A stretch of DNA of 64,000 nucleotides from Marsupella aquatica (Eukaryota > Plantae > Marchantiophyta): positions 20,218,451-20,282,450 of the forward strand of contig OZ316894.1 of the NCBI GenBank assembly GCA_973895155.1. The letters are read 5' to 3'. The notes beneath the pieces were generated by a model. It saw only the letters and a program-made list of their open reading frames with translations. It did not search any database and was not told the DNA's origin. The number at the start of each line of letters is the position of its first letter. The first letter of the stretch is position 1. Shown here piece by piece: positions 48,988-61,479 of the stretch. A program made the translations under genes and the position numbers.

Positions 48988-51824
48988 CTATTGCTTCTTA
49001 AGCAATCTAGAGTTCCATAGGGCATTCATCCCTTTCACATCAGATAATTTAGACTGGTTCTCCCCTGAATTGGCAAATGGCAATGCCACATCTACAAACA
49101 CTTCAATCACACGCACTCGCAAGAAAGGGCTTTCAAAATCTGCACAATGAAACTTATCTTCTCCTGGCAGCCCTGTCACCTCACCTTCTGCCACTATCAT
49201 GGAATTGTCCACAACGCTCTTCATCTTCACCAAATCTCCTCTTGCAAACTATGAACAACACATTTTGTTAAAAATGCAATAAACAGAAATTGAAAGATAG
49301 AAGAACACTCAAATCAAACACACATTTACCTTTGCAACGGGGTTAGGAGACTGCATTGGTTTCTTCTGTGCAGGTGATGCATTTGCTGAGGATCCTTTCT
49401 TCCTTTTCTTCTTTCCCTTTCTAGTTGATGGAGTGTCATCCTGTTCACTTGGAATGGGAGTTTCTTTTGGCAACTCAGATGATTCTGGGGTTACATCTGG
49501 TGTCAACTGAGTCGACTTATCCTCTGGCAACTGAAAGGCATCTGAAATGGCTTCTTTGGGCAACTTAGATGGCAAAAGGTTCACTTCCAATTCAGTTTGC
49601 TTTAGAGTATTGTTAGCTATGTCAGTTGGTCTTCCCTGCGACACAGGAGGCTCCCCTAAAGATGCTGTCATAAAACACACACAAAAGAAATGCATAAACA
49701 AACATGTATACACCAGCAACATATAATCACACTAAAAACATGCAAGAACATTATAAACATGCAATGACATATACACATCACAATAATTACATTGAATGGA
49801 CAGTGTATACATGATAGAGAATTTTACCTTCATTATCGCCTGAAAAAGTAAGAGATCGCTTTCTACTACCTTGTTTGGTAGTTGTAGTCAACTTACTGTG
49901 ACTAGGCACAACTGTTGGAACTTGTGCATTACTGGGGTGATGTGCCATCCACGTAGTCATCATGTTTGTCAACTCCCTCACAGTGCCTTTCAACTCAGCG
50001 ACATCCAATTTCACAGCCCCAATGGCAGTGATCTCTTCTTTTGAATGTGGGGTCTGTAAATGAACCACAAACCAACACAACAGTCTCACTGTCAAACTTA
50101 CAAACGACACAACACTGGCTCTGTCAAATGGAGAATGATGTACAAATCAAATTGGTATGACAATACTCACAGCTGATCCATGTCTGTTTCCTTGCCCCAG
50201 TAAGCTAGCACTTTTACCCTCCCCACTTGCCAATGATGGGCTCACCTTTGCTCCCACAAAACTACCAGTCTGACCTTCTGCACTTGCCAATGATGGGCTC
50301 ATTGTCACCTTTGGCAATGAACCCTGACTACCATGGTTTTCTTTCAGGTCAGATATACCTGGGCTTGATCCTCTCTTCTGCTTCTGTTCAAACCCACAAT
50401 GAATGAGAAATCACAGAGTTTGTTTTCATCAAGATTCACAAACAAGACAGAATTGATAGTGAAAATGATAGACAATTTACCATTCTCTTTGCTGCTGCAG
50501 CATGCCCTCCCCTTCCAAAGTGAGAGGTATCTTGCACTCGTGCTCTTTTATCAGTCATCTATTTACTCAAAGATATCAATGCTGGACTGGTAAAATGAGA
50601 TACCAAAGCTGCCCATTTCTTTGGATCAACACCAGATGGCCCAGGTTTGGTTGGATCCTCATTGCAAACTTTCTTCCAATAAACATGCATTTTATGGCGC
50701 TCTCTCTTCAATATGCCACGACAATGACTCTGGAATTTGGTGTTAATAAATTCCCCACCCACATACTCCCACTCAGCTGCCATGTTATTCCACACTGTGG
50801 TTGTATGAACTTGTGGATGATCAATCCATTTTGGCTTTGATACATCAAAGACTCTGAGTACGTTGCCACGAAGTTCCTCCAGCCAGTATTGTTTGTTGCC
50901 ATCAGAATCATCAATATCATTGTCATAAATCTGCATTTCACAGACAATGTCAGATCATAACTCTGGAATTTATGCAGAGTCCAGGTTTTATACACACAAC
51001 AACAGAGAGGATCAGATTTGTCTAAATCTACAAACAAGTACAATACTCACTTTAATGTGTTTGGGCATCTCTCCGCAATCCCTTCGTTGTTTGGCAGTAT
51101 TATCAAACTGCTTCTTAGCATGCCTTCGTTCCCTGCGCATCTCAGAGGCCCCTCCTGCAATGCACACACATGCATTCAATCAAAAAATATGTACATGATT
51201 GAAAAGTTGAGCAAATGTACTTGCATATGCATGACGAGCATATTGTGTATTACCTGAAGATCCTCTGGAATGTAGTACATCAGATTGACCTGATCTGCCT
51301 TTAGATGCTGATGGAACCACTAAACAAACACACAACACCAAAGCACTTCAATTAATTTCATTTCCAAGTAGAATATCAACTTCCAAACACACCTGAAAAG
51401 TAGAACAGTACAATCCACTCACTTTCATATAAGAGTCCAGTGTCTGGGTCTTTCCAACATCTCACTAGCCCACCTCCACCAGGCCCAGTCTTCTTAGGAC
51501 CACAATTTTGTTTCTGTACCTACATCATGGACAACGTAAGCATATCAACATATAATTTGAAAAAGGGACAAGGATCCCTTCCTATTAGGATGATGAAGTT
51601 CAAGCATTACCTGTTGTGCACTCTCTGGTTCTGACCCTCCAATGTCAGAATCCTCAGTGTCATACTCAGAAGGAGAACCATAGCCATCATCACCAAACTC
51701 TGCCATGTTCACCTTGGTAACTTCTGATAGTCTAGAGCTCCTCCTCTTTGGCAATGTTTCAGTTGAAGTACCTTTCACCAAAGCAGGCTTTCCTCTCTCT
51801 CGTTGTACATGTGTGGTTGGGCCT
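48988..51824 (-). CDS. Multi-exon CACTA second gene, TnpA/Ptta-like (exon boundaries only partly resolved)
   Basis: A series of short minus-strand ORF segments bounded by AG/GT (e.g. 51824-51611, ~50931-50481, ~50053-49828, ~49665-49330, 49248-48988). ILKRERHKMHVYW...PSGVDPKKWAALVSHF resembles the TnpA core. It lies downstream of TnpD. Confidence 0.6.
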
Positions 51825-52253
51825 CTAAGGAACAAAGCAATCATCAACATACACCAATGCAGATCAAACATACATGCAAAATGAATCTACAACACCGTAA
51901 CACTAGTACTTATGTACAGGATCCATACTAGTATGAGACCAATCTGGAATATGAAAACAGAACATGAACCTGACAACTCCATCTACTGAATCAAATTTGC
52001 AATAGACATATCAACACACACATCAGCTTGCAGTCTGGCCCCAGTCCTAGATCACGCATAATTCTGACATTATGCTCTATGTTCCGATTTCGGGCCTCCT
52101 CATAAGGATTCACAGAATGTGACAACCCTTGCAATCTTCCTTTCACAGGCTGCATTCACCAACTGCACAAATGGGTAAACCATTAGTCTGATTTCATAAA
52201 TAGTCCATACATGTAGTCCATCTATGGACTTCACACACCTAGCTAAAACCTAT

Positions 52254-55200
52254 TCACTGCTTAGGCCTGCCCTTTCTTGCAGATCCCTCTGCATCTCTGC
52301 CTCGTTTGGGACCAGTACTTGGTCCTGGATTTTCTCTGGACCTACAGGCCTTAGCCAATTCGATGTGTAATTTGGCATTGTTTTCCATTGTAGCATGGAA
52401 ATCAACGTCTGTGTAATCACCTAACACCCTTGTGGACCTGGATTCTTTGTGGAGGATTGTTCTCCATGCTATCCCCTTCTCATTGGGGTGGAAGAAAACC
52501 TGCTCCACTTGCTTTGGGAAAACGTAATCCATTTTCTTGGACACACCCAGTTCTCTATGGAAATTCACCTGCCAAAGACCAGACTTGGTATACCTCATAC
52601 TGGCTGAGGATTTAGGAGTCCATGATGGATCTGCCCATTTCCCTTTGAAAAGAATCACCTCTTTCCTCAAGCTGCCATAATTCAGTACCAAGATATCTGT
52701 CAAGGCCCCTACATACTGTACAGATTCTTCTATGGTTGCACCAGACCTGTCCACTCGCTTCTCAGTGAATGTAGAAGCCATCCCAAAATCAAAAGTGCTG
52801 AAAGCACCAGAATCACAATCACTCAAACACCCCAAGGATGGAATAGTCCTCCAATGGTGCCCATAGGCTCTACATGCCCTATACAGTCGTGCCTTCAAAC
52901 TAGGTGGTGTGGAGTATGCAGATAGTAATGACCGCTCAGACTCTTTCTCAAAATTATGGGTATTGACTAATGTTTGAAACCATTCCCTGAAAGGTGGCAA
53001 TTCTTGGCAGTCTACGGGAAATTCCACTGGTTTTCTTCGATTGGCAGGCTTCCTCATCCACTCCTTCCGGAAATCCACTCTTCGTTTGGTAACAGTCTCA
53101 TTGGTAGCATCATATATCCTGCATGGCAACAACAACACTGAAGACATTAGTGCACGATCCACCATGAATATACAAACACAATGGGGCAACATAATTATGA
53201 TCCATATGCCTAAGGATAGGAGAGTTTCTAGGGTTTATGTACCTGTACCATGGAGCCACTGTCTCTTCATTCTCTAATATATAATGATGCATGGCCATCA
53301 TTTCAGACCAATCCAAAGTTATCGCCTTTGCAGCCCCTTCCAAAACAATGCCTGCAACGCCAGCATCCTCCTCCAACTCCCAGGTTTGTTTTCCCTCTCC
53401 CTTTGCATCAATCATGTATTCAGAAAGAAATCCCAAAGACTCATCTAATACATAGCCTTCAGCCATAGAAGCCTCTGGACGTGCCTTGTTTCGTACATAA
53501 CCCTTCAATACCTTCAGGTTCCTCTCTATTGGGTACATCCATCTGCCTGTAACTGGGCCACACAAGTCTAATTCCTCCACTAGGTGAATCATTAAATGGG
53601 TCATGACATCAAAGAAGCTTGGTGGAAAATGGATTTCCAAAATGCAGAGAGTGAATGCAACATCCATCATCAAATTCTCATACATTGAAGGGTCCCACAC
53701 CTTCGTACAGATCTGGCGATAGATATTGCTCACCCCAGCTATGGCCAAGCGAACCCCTTCATCAAGTAATCCCATTGTTGCCAGAGGGAGAATCTGTTGC
53801 ATGAGTTGGTGGAAATCATGTGATTTCAACCCAGAGAGTTTCTTGGATTTTGTAACACACTTTGCCAAAGAACTTGAAAAACCAGTGGGCCCTTTCAAGG
53901 TCAATAAAACCTCCAAGAACCTTGTTCTTTCCTTCTTGCTCAGGCAATATGGGGCTGGGGGCATCAACAATTTGTCATCCTTACGCTTGGGAGCTGGATT
54001 GGGTACAAGCCATAGGTGTTGGCGCACCTGTAAGAGCTTCATGTCTTCTCTCACAGAAGGAGTGTCCTTGGTCCCAATGATAGTGTGCACAATGTTGTGT
54101 GCAAGATTCTTCTCACAGTGCATGGGATCTAGACAATGGTTAATGAGTAGTTTCTGCAGTGGACACACAATTCAGAAATTAGGGCATTGAATACAACTTT
54201 TGGCATCACTGGGCAGTAGTTTGTGCAGTGGACACAATTCAGAAATTAGTGCATTGAATACAACAATTACAAAATCTAGGCTACAGGAAGTATATGAAGA
54301 GAATATATTTCAAAGTCATATGAAGAGATTGAAGAAATTCATTGTAGTAGTATGGAGTCTTACATTCAATAGGGCAACTTGTACAGACCAGTAGCCCTCT
54401 TCACTCCATGCACCTTTATGGGGCATTTCTCATCCTCAACCTTGGTTCCTCCCTTCTTCAAATATTCTGTTGTCTCGTCTCCCCACTTCTTTCTATCAGA
54501 GCTTGTCATTCTACACGGTGCAGGTCGACTCTCAATTGCACCATCAAAGTATTGTGCACTATCTGGTCTACGAAAAAGATGCCTTGCTGCTAACCATCGA
54601 CGGTGGCCACTGTACTCTAATTTCTGCAAGTGCTTAGAACCACGTGCCACACATTCTGGCCCACAGATGACACATCCTTTGTATCCAGAGTGTTGTTGTC
54701 CAGATATTAAACCATATGCAGGGTAATCATTGATTGTCCACAATAGCACAGCCCTAAGGTTGAAGTGTTGAGACAATCCTGGGCGTGGCAATTTGTCAAA
54801 GCAGGGCACTCCTTTCTTCCACAACAGCTCCAACTCCTCATAGAATGGGCCCAATATTATGTCTAGCTGTTCCTCTGTTACTGAATCAGGTCCTGGAATC
54901 AGCATAGCTAGCATGACAAAGAACTTCTTGGTGGTAAGCCAAGGAGGTAAATTGTAATTCAACAACAGTATTGGCCAGGTAGACCAAGCTGTGGAATTAT
55001 TCCCAAAGGGATTCACCCCATCAAGTGCCAACCCAAATCGCACATTCCTTGGTTCAGCTGCAAATTCCCGATCAATATTTGTATCCACATGCTTCCAAGC
55101 CTTTGAATCTGCTGCGTGCCGAACCATGTTGTCTGTGCTTCTATTCTCATGATGCCAAGTCATGAGTTTAGATGTACCAGCAGTGGCATACAATCTCTTC

Positions 55201-56222
55201 AACCTAGGAATTATAGGGAAATACCGCACTACCTTCCTTGCCTGTAATGAATTCCCCACTCTCTTCATCTTGGGCTGCTGACACACTGAACAGTTTTCTA
55301 ACTTGGCATTCTCACCCCTAAAGAGCATACAACCTTTCTCACAGACAGGGATTCTCTCATAATCCAAGCCAAGCTTTCTCAATAGCTGCTTTGCAGCATA
55401 TAAGTTCTTGGGCAGATTATGCTCTGTAGGCATACCATGCTCCCCCATCAAAGACAACAATGCATTCACTCCTTTGTTTGAGAATCCATGGCCATGACAG
55501 ATGTTCAGCAGAAGCAACATGAATGACACAACATCTATTTTGCTGCCTGGGAACAAAGGTTGCATTGCTGCATCTAAAGATAACTGTGCAAGATCAGTCT
55601 CCACAGGAGTTTTGGAGGTTTCAAGGGGGTTTACAGGATGGGCACCTCCTTCACTCTCATCATCCCCAAGTACAAAATCCAAGTCAAAACGGTCCTGATC
55701 ATCTAGCTCATGCTCAGGGGATTCTTCACTGGTTCTCAGCAACGTTTCTTCCAGTAGAGCCCTGATATGTTCTTCGACATCTATAGTTGGATGTTCTTGA
55801 ACATCCACAGTTGGATACTCTGGAACATCTACAAATAAATGTTCTTCAACATCTACAGTTGGCTGTTGTGCACAGGTTGCCTGCTGAAGGTTTGCTACCC
55901 TCAATGCCTCAGGGCCATGTTGTGACATGTAGTCAGCACCCCACTCTTCATCAGAAGAGTCCTGTCCCTCTCCCACCCACACTCGACATGCAGGGTACCG
56001 ACCATGATTAATAAGGTGCAGTCTAGCAGTATTCCGATTAGTCCTATAATTCCCTTTGCAGTTCACACAAGGGCAGTACATCTTATGGTCCCCACTCTTG
56101 TGGCAGGCCTTCTGTTCTCGAACCCACAAAGCATCATCACGATGTTGTACTCTAGCTGGATGGAAGAGCAGCAACTTTGGAGTTCTACCCACACCTAACA
56201 TATTCTGTGGCAATTGTGCCAT
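52254..56222 (-). CDS. CACTA TnpD transposase (Transposase_21 + DUF4218 + DUF4216-like), 3 exons, one lesion at the end of exon 1
   Basis: Exons 56222-54364, 54153-53243, 53118-52254. Motifs RYFPIIPRLKRLY, PRNVRFGLALDGVNPF, LLWTINDYPAYG, DPMHCEKN, LSGLKSHDFH, FPPSFFDVMTHL, RWMYPIER. The conserved LPYW reads LPY* (TAT TGA AT|gt), consistent with a 1-nt deletion. Confidence 0.93.
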
Positions 56223-56822
56223 GCTAGCTTGATTGAAATTGTATTCAAACTATGATTTTCAAACTGAATCAGAGTGACATGCATACAAAATTGGGCCTAC
56301 CGTCACAGTTGTACAACCGATGCCAACCACAGTCCAATTGCTCAAACCCACAGAGCCCAGTTTCTCAAATCCACTGAAGTAGGGCACCTTCTCCTTCTTG
56401 CATACAAATAGAGCATCACATACAGTGTCATCAGAATGATACTATGAACGTAAATCTCTGTGCCTTCATCATTTCCAGTATTTGTTTGCCTATTAGGAAT
56501 GTGAGCAGACAGGTCTGGAATAAGTAACGTTTGTGACACCAGTGACAAATTTACAAGTGAAGTTTAGACATCAATATGGAGGAAAGTCACACTCAAAGCA
56601 CATGCTTGAAAATCGGAATCCTACCCTGGAAAAGATAATAAAGTTGATTTCTCAAAATTAATTGCCTCAATCCGCAATGCACTGTCGTAGAGTGTGTATA
56701 CATGAGGAGTTCATCAAACTGCATATAAATAGTCCACATGTTTTAGCACTCTGAAAATTGTTTAACTCCACGTGAAACCATCAAAAAGCTCTATCTCAAG
56801 TTTGTGTTCCATCCAGCCTCAA

Positions 56823-57482
56823 TCAAATCCAAGATACGTGGCTCCTAGCCGGAGTGCCTAGTGTAGGGTCAATGTCATGGTCAGGACAGTAAAACATCCC
56901 CTTCTTGGGCTGCCCATGCGCTGAGTGATCCCAAATTGTTCGATCATGGGCAAATCCCCTCTGTTGGATAAACAGCAGGCAGTCCTTGTGCCATGCCTTA
57001 GGACACCTCATGCACTGAACCAAAAAGCCATTAGCCCCATCATTGGGCCCCTGTCCACAAGTAAGACAAATATGGAGTCCACATGATGCTGTGCCAGGAA
57101 CCAAACACTGCCGACAGTAAAACCGGGCACAGAGAGAGTCTGGACATTTTCTTACCTCTTCACCAATTTTTCCAGACACATGGCACTTAAAGCAAGAATG
57201 TTCCTCATTCTTGCAATCAACACAAAGCCATTCTCCAACATGGCCATCAGCGAGGGATATAGTTGGGCATAGCCATTGTTGACCCAAAGGACAGGAAACA
57301 TTCTTATGGAAATGTCGGTGGCAAGGCCCATCACAAACAATGAGATCCCCTCCCTCATCACAAATCGCACATACATGTGGACTATTCTGGTTAATCTCAA
57401 TGTCTGAATATAAGGACAATTGAGGTGCTTGAGAGGATTCACCTCTGCAACGATTCATGGCCTTCTGCTTATTGCGAGCCAT
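56823..57482 (-). CDS. EDM2/NSD-type composite PHD-finger protein (219 aa) carried inside the CACTA element
   Basis: Intact ORF from ATG 57482, preceded by the acceptor TGCAG|GACC. VCAICDEGGDLIVCDGPCHRHFH...CVDCKNEEHSCFKC...CARFYC...LHICLTC...CMRCPKAWHKDCL...IWD...FYCPDHDIDPTLGTPARSHV follows the cysteine spacing and C-terminal YCxxHxID...TPxRxH motif recalled for EDM2. Confidence 0.8.
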   Translation of the reverse strand: MARNKQKAMNRCRGESSQAPQLSLYSDIEINQNSPHVCAICDEGGDLIVCDGPCHRHFHKNVSCPLGQQWLCPTISLADGHVGEWLCVDCKNEEHSCFKCHVSGKIGEEVRKCPDSLCARFYCRQCLVPGTASCGLHICLTCGQGPNDGANGFLVQCMRCPKAWHKDCLLFIQQRGFAHDRTIWDHSAHGQPKKGMFYCPDHDIDPTLGTPARSHVSWI

Positions 57483-60239
57483 GGTCCTGCACACTCAGAC
57501 CCTACATCAGATTGTGAAACAAGAAGGAATAACAGGGTGCAGCATGACACAAAAGAATGAGGGTGCAGCATAAAATATGACATGTAACCACAAGGGTGCA
57601 GCATAAACCAATGCTTTATAGATGGCAAAGCATTTAGGACTGAGCAGCGCAAATAACCTTGGCCTATGATTGGAAGCAATCACAAATATTGCAACCTGTA
57701 TGCCTTCGCTTGCTGTACAGCAGTGCTCACTCACCCTGCCTTTTTAAAATCTGTAAGGGCAACACAGAACAAATAGCAATTGAGTTTCAGCAAAGCATTC
57801 ATTTGGCTCTCAAGTTTTAAAATGGACAAAGCAAACACAACAATGTGCACAACAAAGCACAGAGAGCAACAAAACTCCAGCAAACTGGGACTCAGGCAAG
57901 AGATACGAATTTTAGCAGCGAAATCAAATCAAGATTCGGACCTGTGAGTTCAACATGCAGTGCTCACTCACCCTGCCCTTTTTTAAATCTGTAAAAATCA
58001 AGTTTTATTGTGTGCCTTCTACATCTTAAGCTACTGCACACATCTGTTACAAAACCATAAGTTGCTTTACTCTCAACAAGCTGCTGGTCCACCCACTTTT
58101 TCAAAAGCTGCACCGTACTCTATCTTTGTGCACAAATGACTATACCGGGCTGCTGTCAGAGACCCTTACGAAGAATTTAAAATTGACCAAGCTGAGTTTA
58201 GTTTAGTTTCGTCCAGTTTGCAGACCAAAGGAAATCATGTGGCTGTATTCATGGAGTTGTATTCATTGCTGTGTATGGATGTTGTGTGAACATCAGACAA
58301 TTAGCTGTAAATTACCATAGTTGAAGAGCAAGGCTTGTACAAAAGCCACTAAGGAATTCTCTGAAGTGGCACAGTAGTTGGCAAACCACACACAAAACTC
58401 TGAAACTTTTTGGCGACAAAATTCTACAGAGTCGCTGCTGGAATCAAGTGAGGATTCACCATACATGCCTGCACTTCTCTTCAGTAAAAAAAAGAGAAAA
58501 GAAAAGGCTATGATACAGAGGGATGTCAAAAGAAGAGTAAGGAAACCAAATTTTCATTGAGGAACATAGACAGACTAAGGAAAACATCATACAATGGAAA
58601 ACTAAGGACTACATTGTAATAATAAGAGATCAAGCTCACCTTGCACCACAAAGATTGTCACGACTCACCTCGCAGTTCCTCGCAGCTTAGGTCCAGGATG
58701 ACATTTCAATATGGAGGAAAGGAGTTTACTCATTTAAAACAGAGAAGGAGTGGCATCTACAGGGACTTTGGCAGCACACTGAAAAGGTTGGCAATACATC
58801 AGGTTATCTTTCTAGGTTGACACTGCCAATAGAATTTTGAACACAACAAACACAACAAACACTGCCAGATATAGAATTTTGAACACAAGGGTATGGCATC
58901 CTGATTTGCCTAACTCAATCAACTTAATAGCATATTTTTATGTTCAATTAGGCAGCACTAAATAGAACAGCCTTTCACGCAGTCAGAATAATTGGCAATA
59001 ATTGCCAGACGACAACAAGACAACAAACTGAACTGAACATAGCAGACAAATCCAACAAGTAGCAATCAGAAATCAACAGCAGACAGACAGAGGACAACTC
59101 GGTCAGAACTCGGGCACTTGATTTAGTTGTGGTAAATAGCCGTTCAAGTTCTGGACAAGCAAGAGCAATACGTGAGCAGACTCCAGAAAAATCATCTCTT
59201 GAGATTGAGGAGAAAGGCATTCCCCAGCCAGCTTACCTATGTCTTGAAAAATGTATCGGACATCGTGGATGCTGCCTCAGCTGCTGGCCGCAAGGGAAGA
59301 TTTTGCCAAAACAAACAATAAAGCTCGAAGATAGTTAAATTTCTTAGGTCATTCTAAATGGGGACTGAATTAGCAATTAGAACCAGTAAACCCTGATCTT
59401 GGGCAAGCAGAGAGAGAAGACTCTGCGCCTAATACTTATGTCTACCCGAATTTTACTGGGACATATGAGCATTGGGATGGCATTGCAAAGCAGAATTTTG
59501 TAGCAGTGGAAGGAATCAACATAGATAGCAGTGGAAGGCCGCAGTGGAGCTAGCATGGGACAGGGAAGGAAATGCAGGCACTTGTGATGCAAAGGCTATA
59601 GAGGGCGAGAAGGTGGACAACCAAACTCAACAAACTCAAAGAACATGTAGCAAATGGCAATAGAATTGAAGATCAGAGAACCTGAGTGGGCAAAAAATTG
59701 ATATAGATTGTAATGGGCAATAAAGAAGCTCAACCGGGAGACTAGCAGTAGTGGAGACAGTTCCGTCTTAAATGGAAAAGGAGAGATATATACAATAAAG
59801 AGAGACGTCCTTTAAAGTAGAAATTGTCTGAAAAGTAAGTGCAGATAAGTGCATGCAACAGGAGCGGTCACATACAAATTGAGCAATCCTCTCAAGGCTA
59901 CAGAGGGCGAGAAGGTGGACAACCAAACTCAGCAAACTCAAAGAACAAGTAGTAAATGGCAATAGAATAGAAGATCACAGAACATGTAGCGAATGGAGAG
60001 GGATAGATAGAGAAAAAACATAAGCAGAGAGCTCTGACACACAGCAACACAGGTCCCAACACAACACATTGCAGGTCCCAGGCTGGGGTGGAGCCGGAAG
60101 TGGAGAGCACAGAGCAACCAGGCAAATCACAGCATGGGCGCCAATGGGAATAAGGTCAATACCTTTGAGGCGGAAGCTAGCAGGCCTCAACTTGCAGGTA
60201 GCAGCTTGTGCTCTGCTGCCTTCTGCAAGTAGCTTGCAC

Positions 60240-60725
60240 TCTCAGCTTCCGCAATGAGTCGCCCTCTCCCCTTTCGCAAGCAGCTGCTCGACCTCTCCCC
60301 TTCCGCAAGCAACTTGCCTTCTCCCCGTCCGCAATCAGGTCACCTCTCCCCTTCCGCAAGCAGCTCGCACCCACTTAAAGAAACAAATGTTGAGACCAAA
60401 CAAACAACCGGCTCCCTTCCGCAAACTCCACAACCTCTTCAAGAAGCTATCGTCGACCTTCCGCAGCAAGAATCATTTCCTCCCTGCTTTCACTGCCTCC
60501 ACGAGCTTCCATAGCAATCGCCTTCCATGATGATCGGGGCCCCAGTGCGCAAATGCCTTCCGCATCCACCTTGCGCAGCTTGTTGCCGATCGTAGCTCCT
60601 CACCCACAGCTCGTGACCCGCAGCTTGTCGCTCGACTGTTTCTGATTGTGTCCGGCTCTTCCTTCTGCAGCTCTTCCCTTCCGCACCTCCAACCTCACGC
60701 AACTCCTCCCCTCCCGCAACTCCAC
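60240..60725. promoter_or_regulatory. CpG-rich region with repeated CTTCCGCA motif; candidate CACTA promoter/leader
   Basis: CTTCCGCA occurs near 60246, 60300, 60351, 60416, 60458, 60557 and 60678, upstream of all three minus-strand genes. Function is inferred. Confidence 0.4.
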
Positions 60726-61039
60726 CCTGTGCTAGTCTAGCAAATGTGCTCGGAAGAGTGTCGAAGCTTGGTGGAGGCAATGCACAACGCTGCGCAACCC
60801 TAAGCCCTTGCAATGTGCACACAAGGCATGCCAAGAAAAGAGCACATCGAGCATTGCCCTCTCCGTCGATGTTTTTTCAGGAAAAAGGGCTCCTGTTGGT
60901 ACGCGAGAACACTTGAGGAGGAAAAACCTAAAGCTGGATGCCTAAACCCCGTAAAAGTAAGGTATTTCTCCAGATGGGGATGGTGGATATTGTACGTGGG
61001 TCATGAATTAGGTTCTATTCTGACAATCTCTCATATGTC

Positions 61040-61235
61040 TGGACCCCCCATAAGGCCCTAGGGAAGTTGAGACTAGGTTAATAACAATGTAAACCACCCC
61101 CCCTCGCCCCCATAAGGCCCTAGGGAAATACCGACTATATAGGGTAATAACAAGGTCCGGACGCCCCCATAAGGTCCTAAGTAGGGAAGGCAAGGTTAAT
61201 AACTTATAATGTCGCAACCCCCCCATAAGGTCATG
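61040..61235. repeat. ~58-bp degenerate tandem repeat, 4 copies
   Basis: CCCCATAAGG(C/T)C core near 61047, 61108, 61165 and 61221. Confidence 0.75.
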
Positions 61236-61479
61236 GCTGTTTGTGTAGGTGCCAACAAGAATGTTAAGGACCAATGTTATATATAAAAAATCATGCCCGC
61301 GATATAAAAGGTCTTTTTGGACCAAGGGAAGACTACATATGAGGCTATGTTGTCTAAGAGTTTTTGAGAGCATTACACCAAAGCATTAACAAGTGAGCCT
61401 TCCCATGACTATATGACCTCCAATATGCCAACATTAATGGCTTCCAATATGACAGCGTGAGTGACCCCACGTTTAGTCC

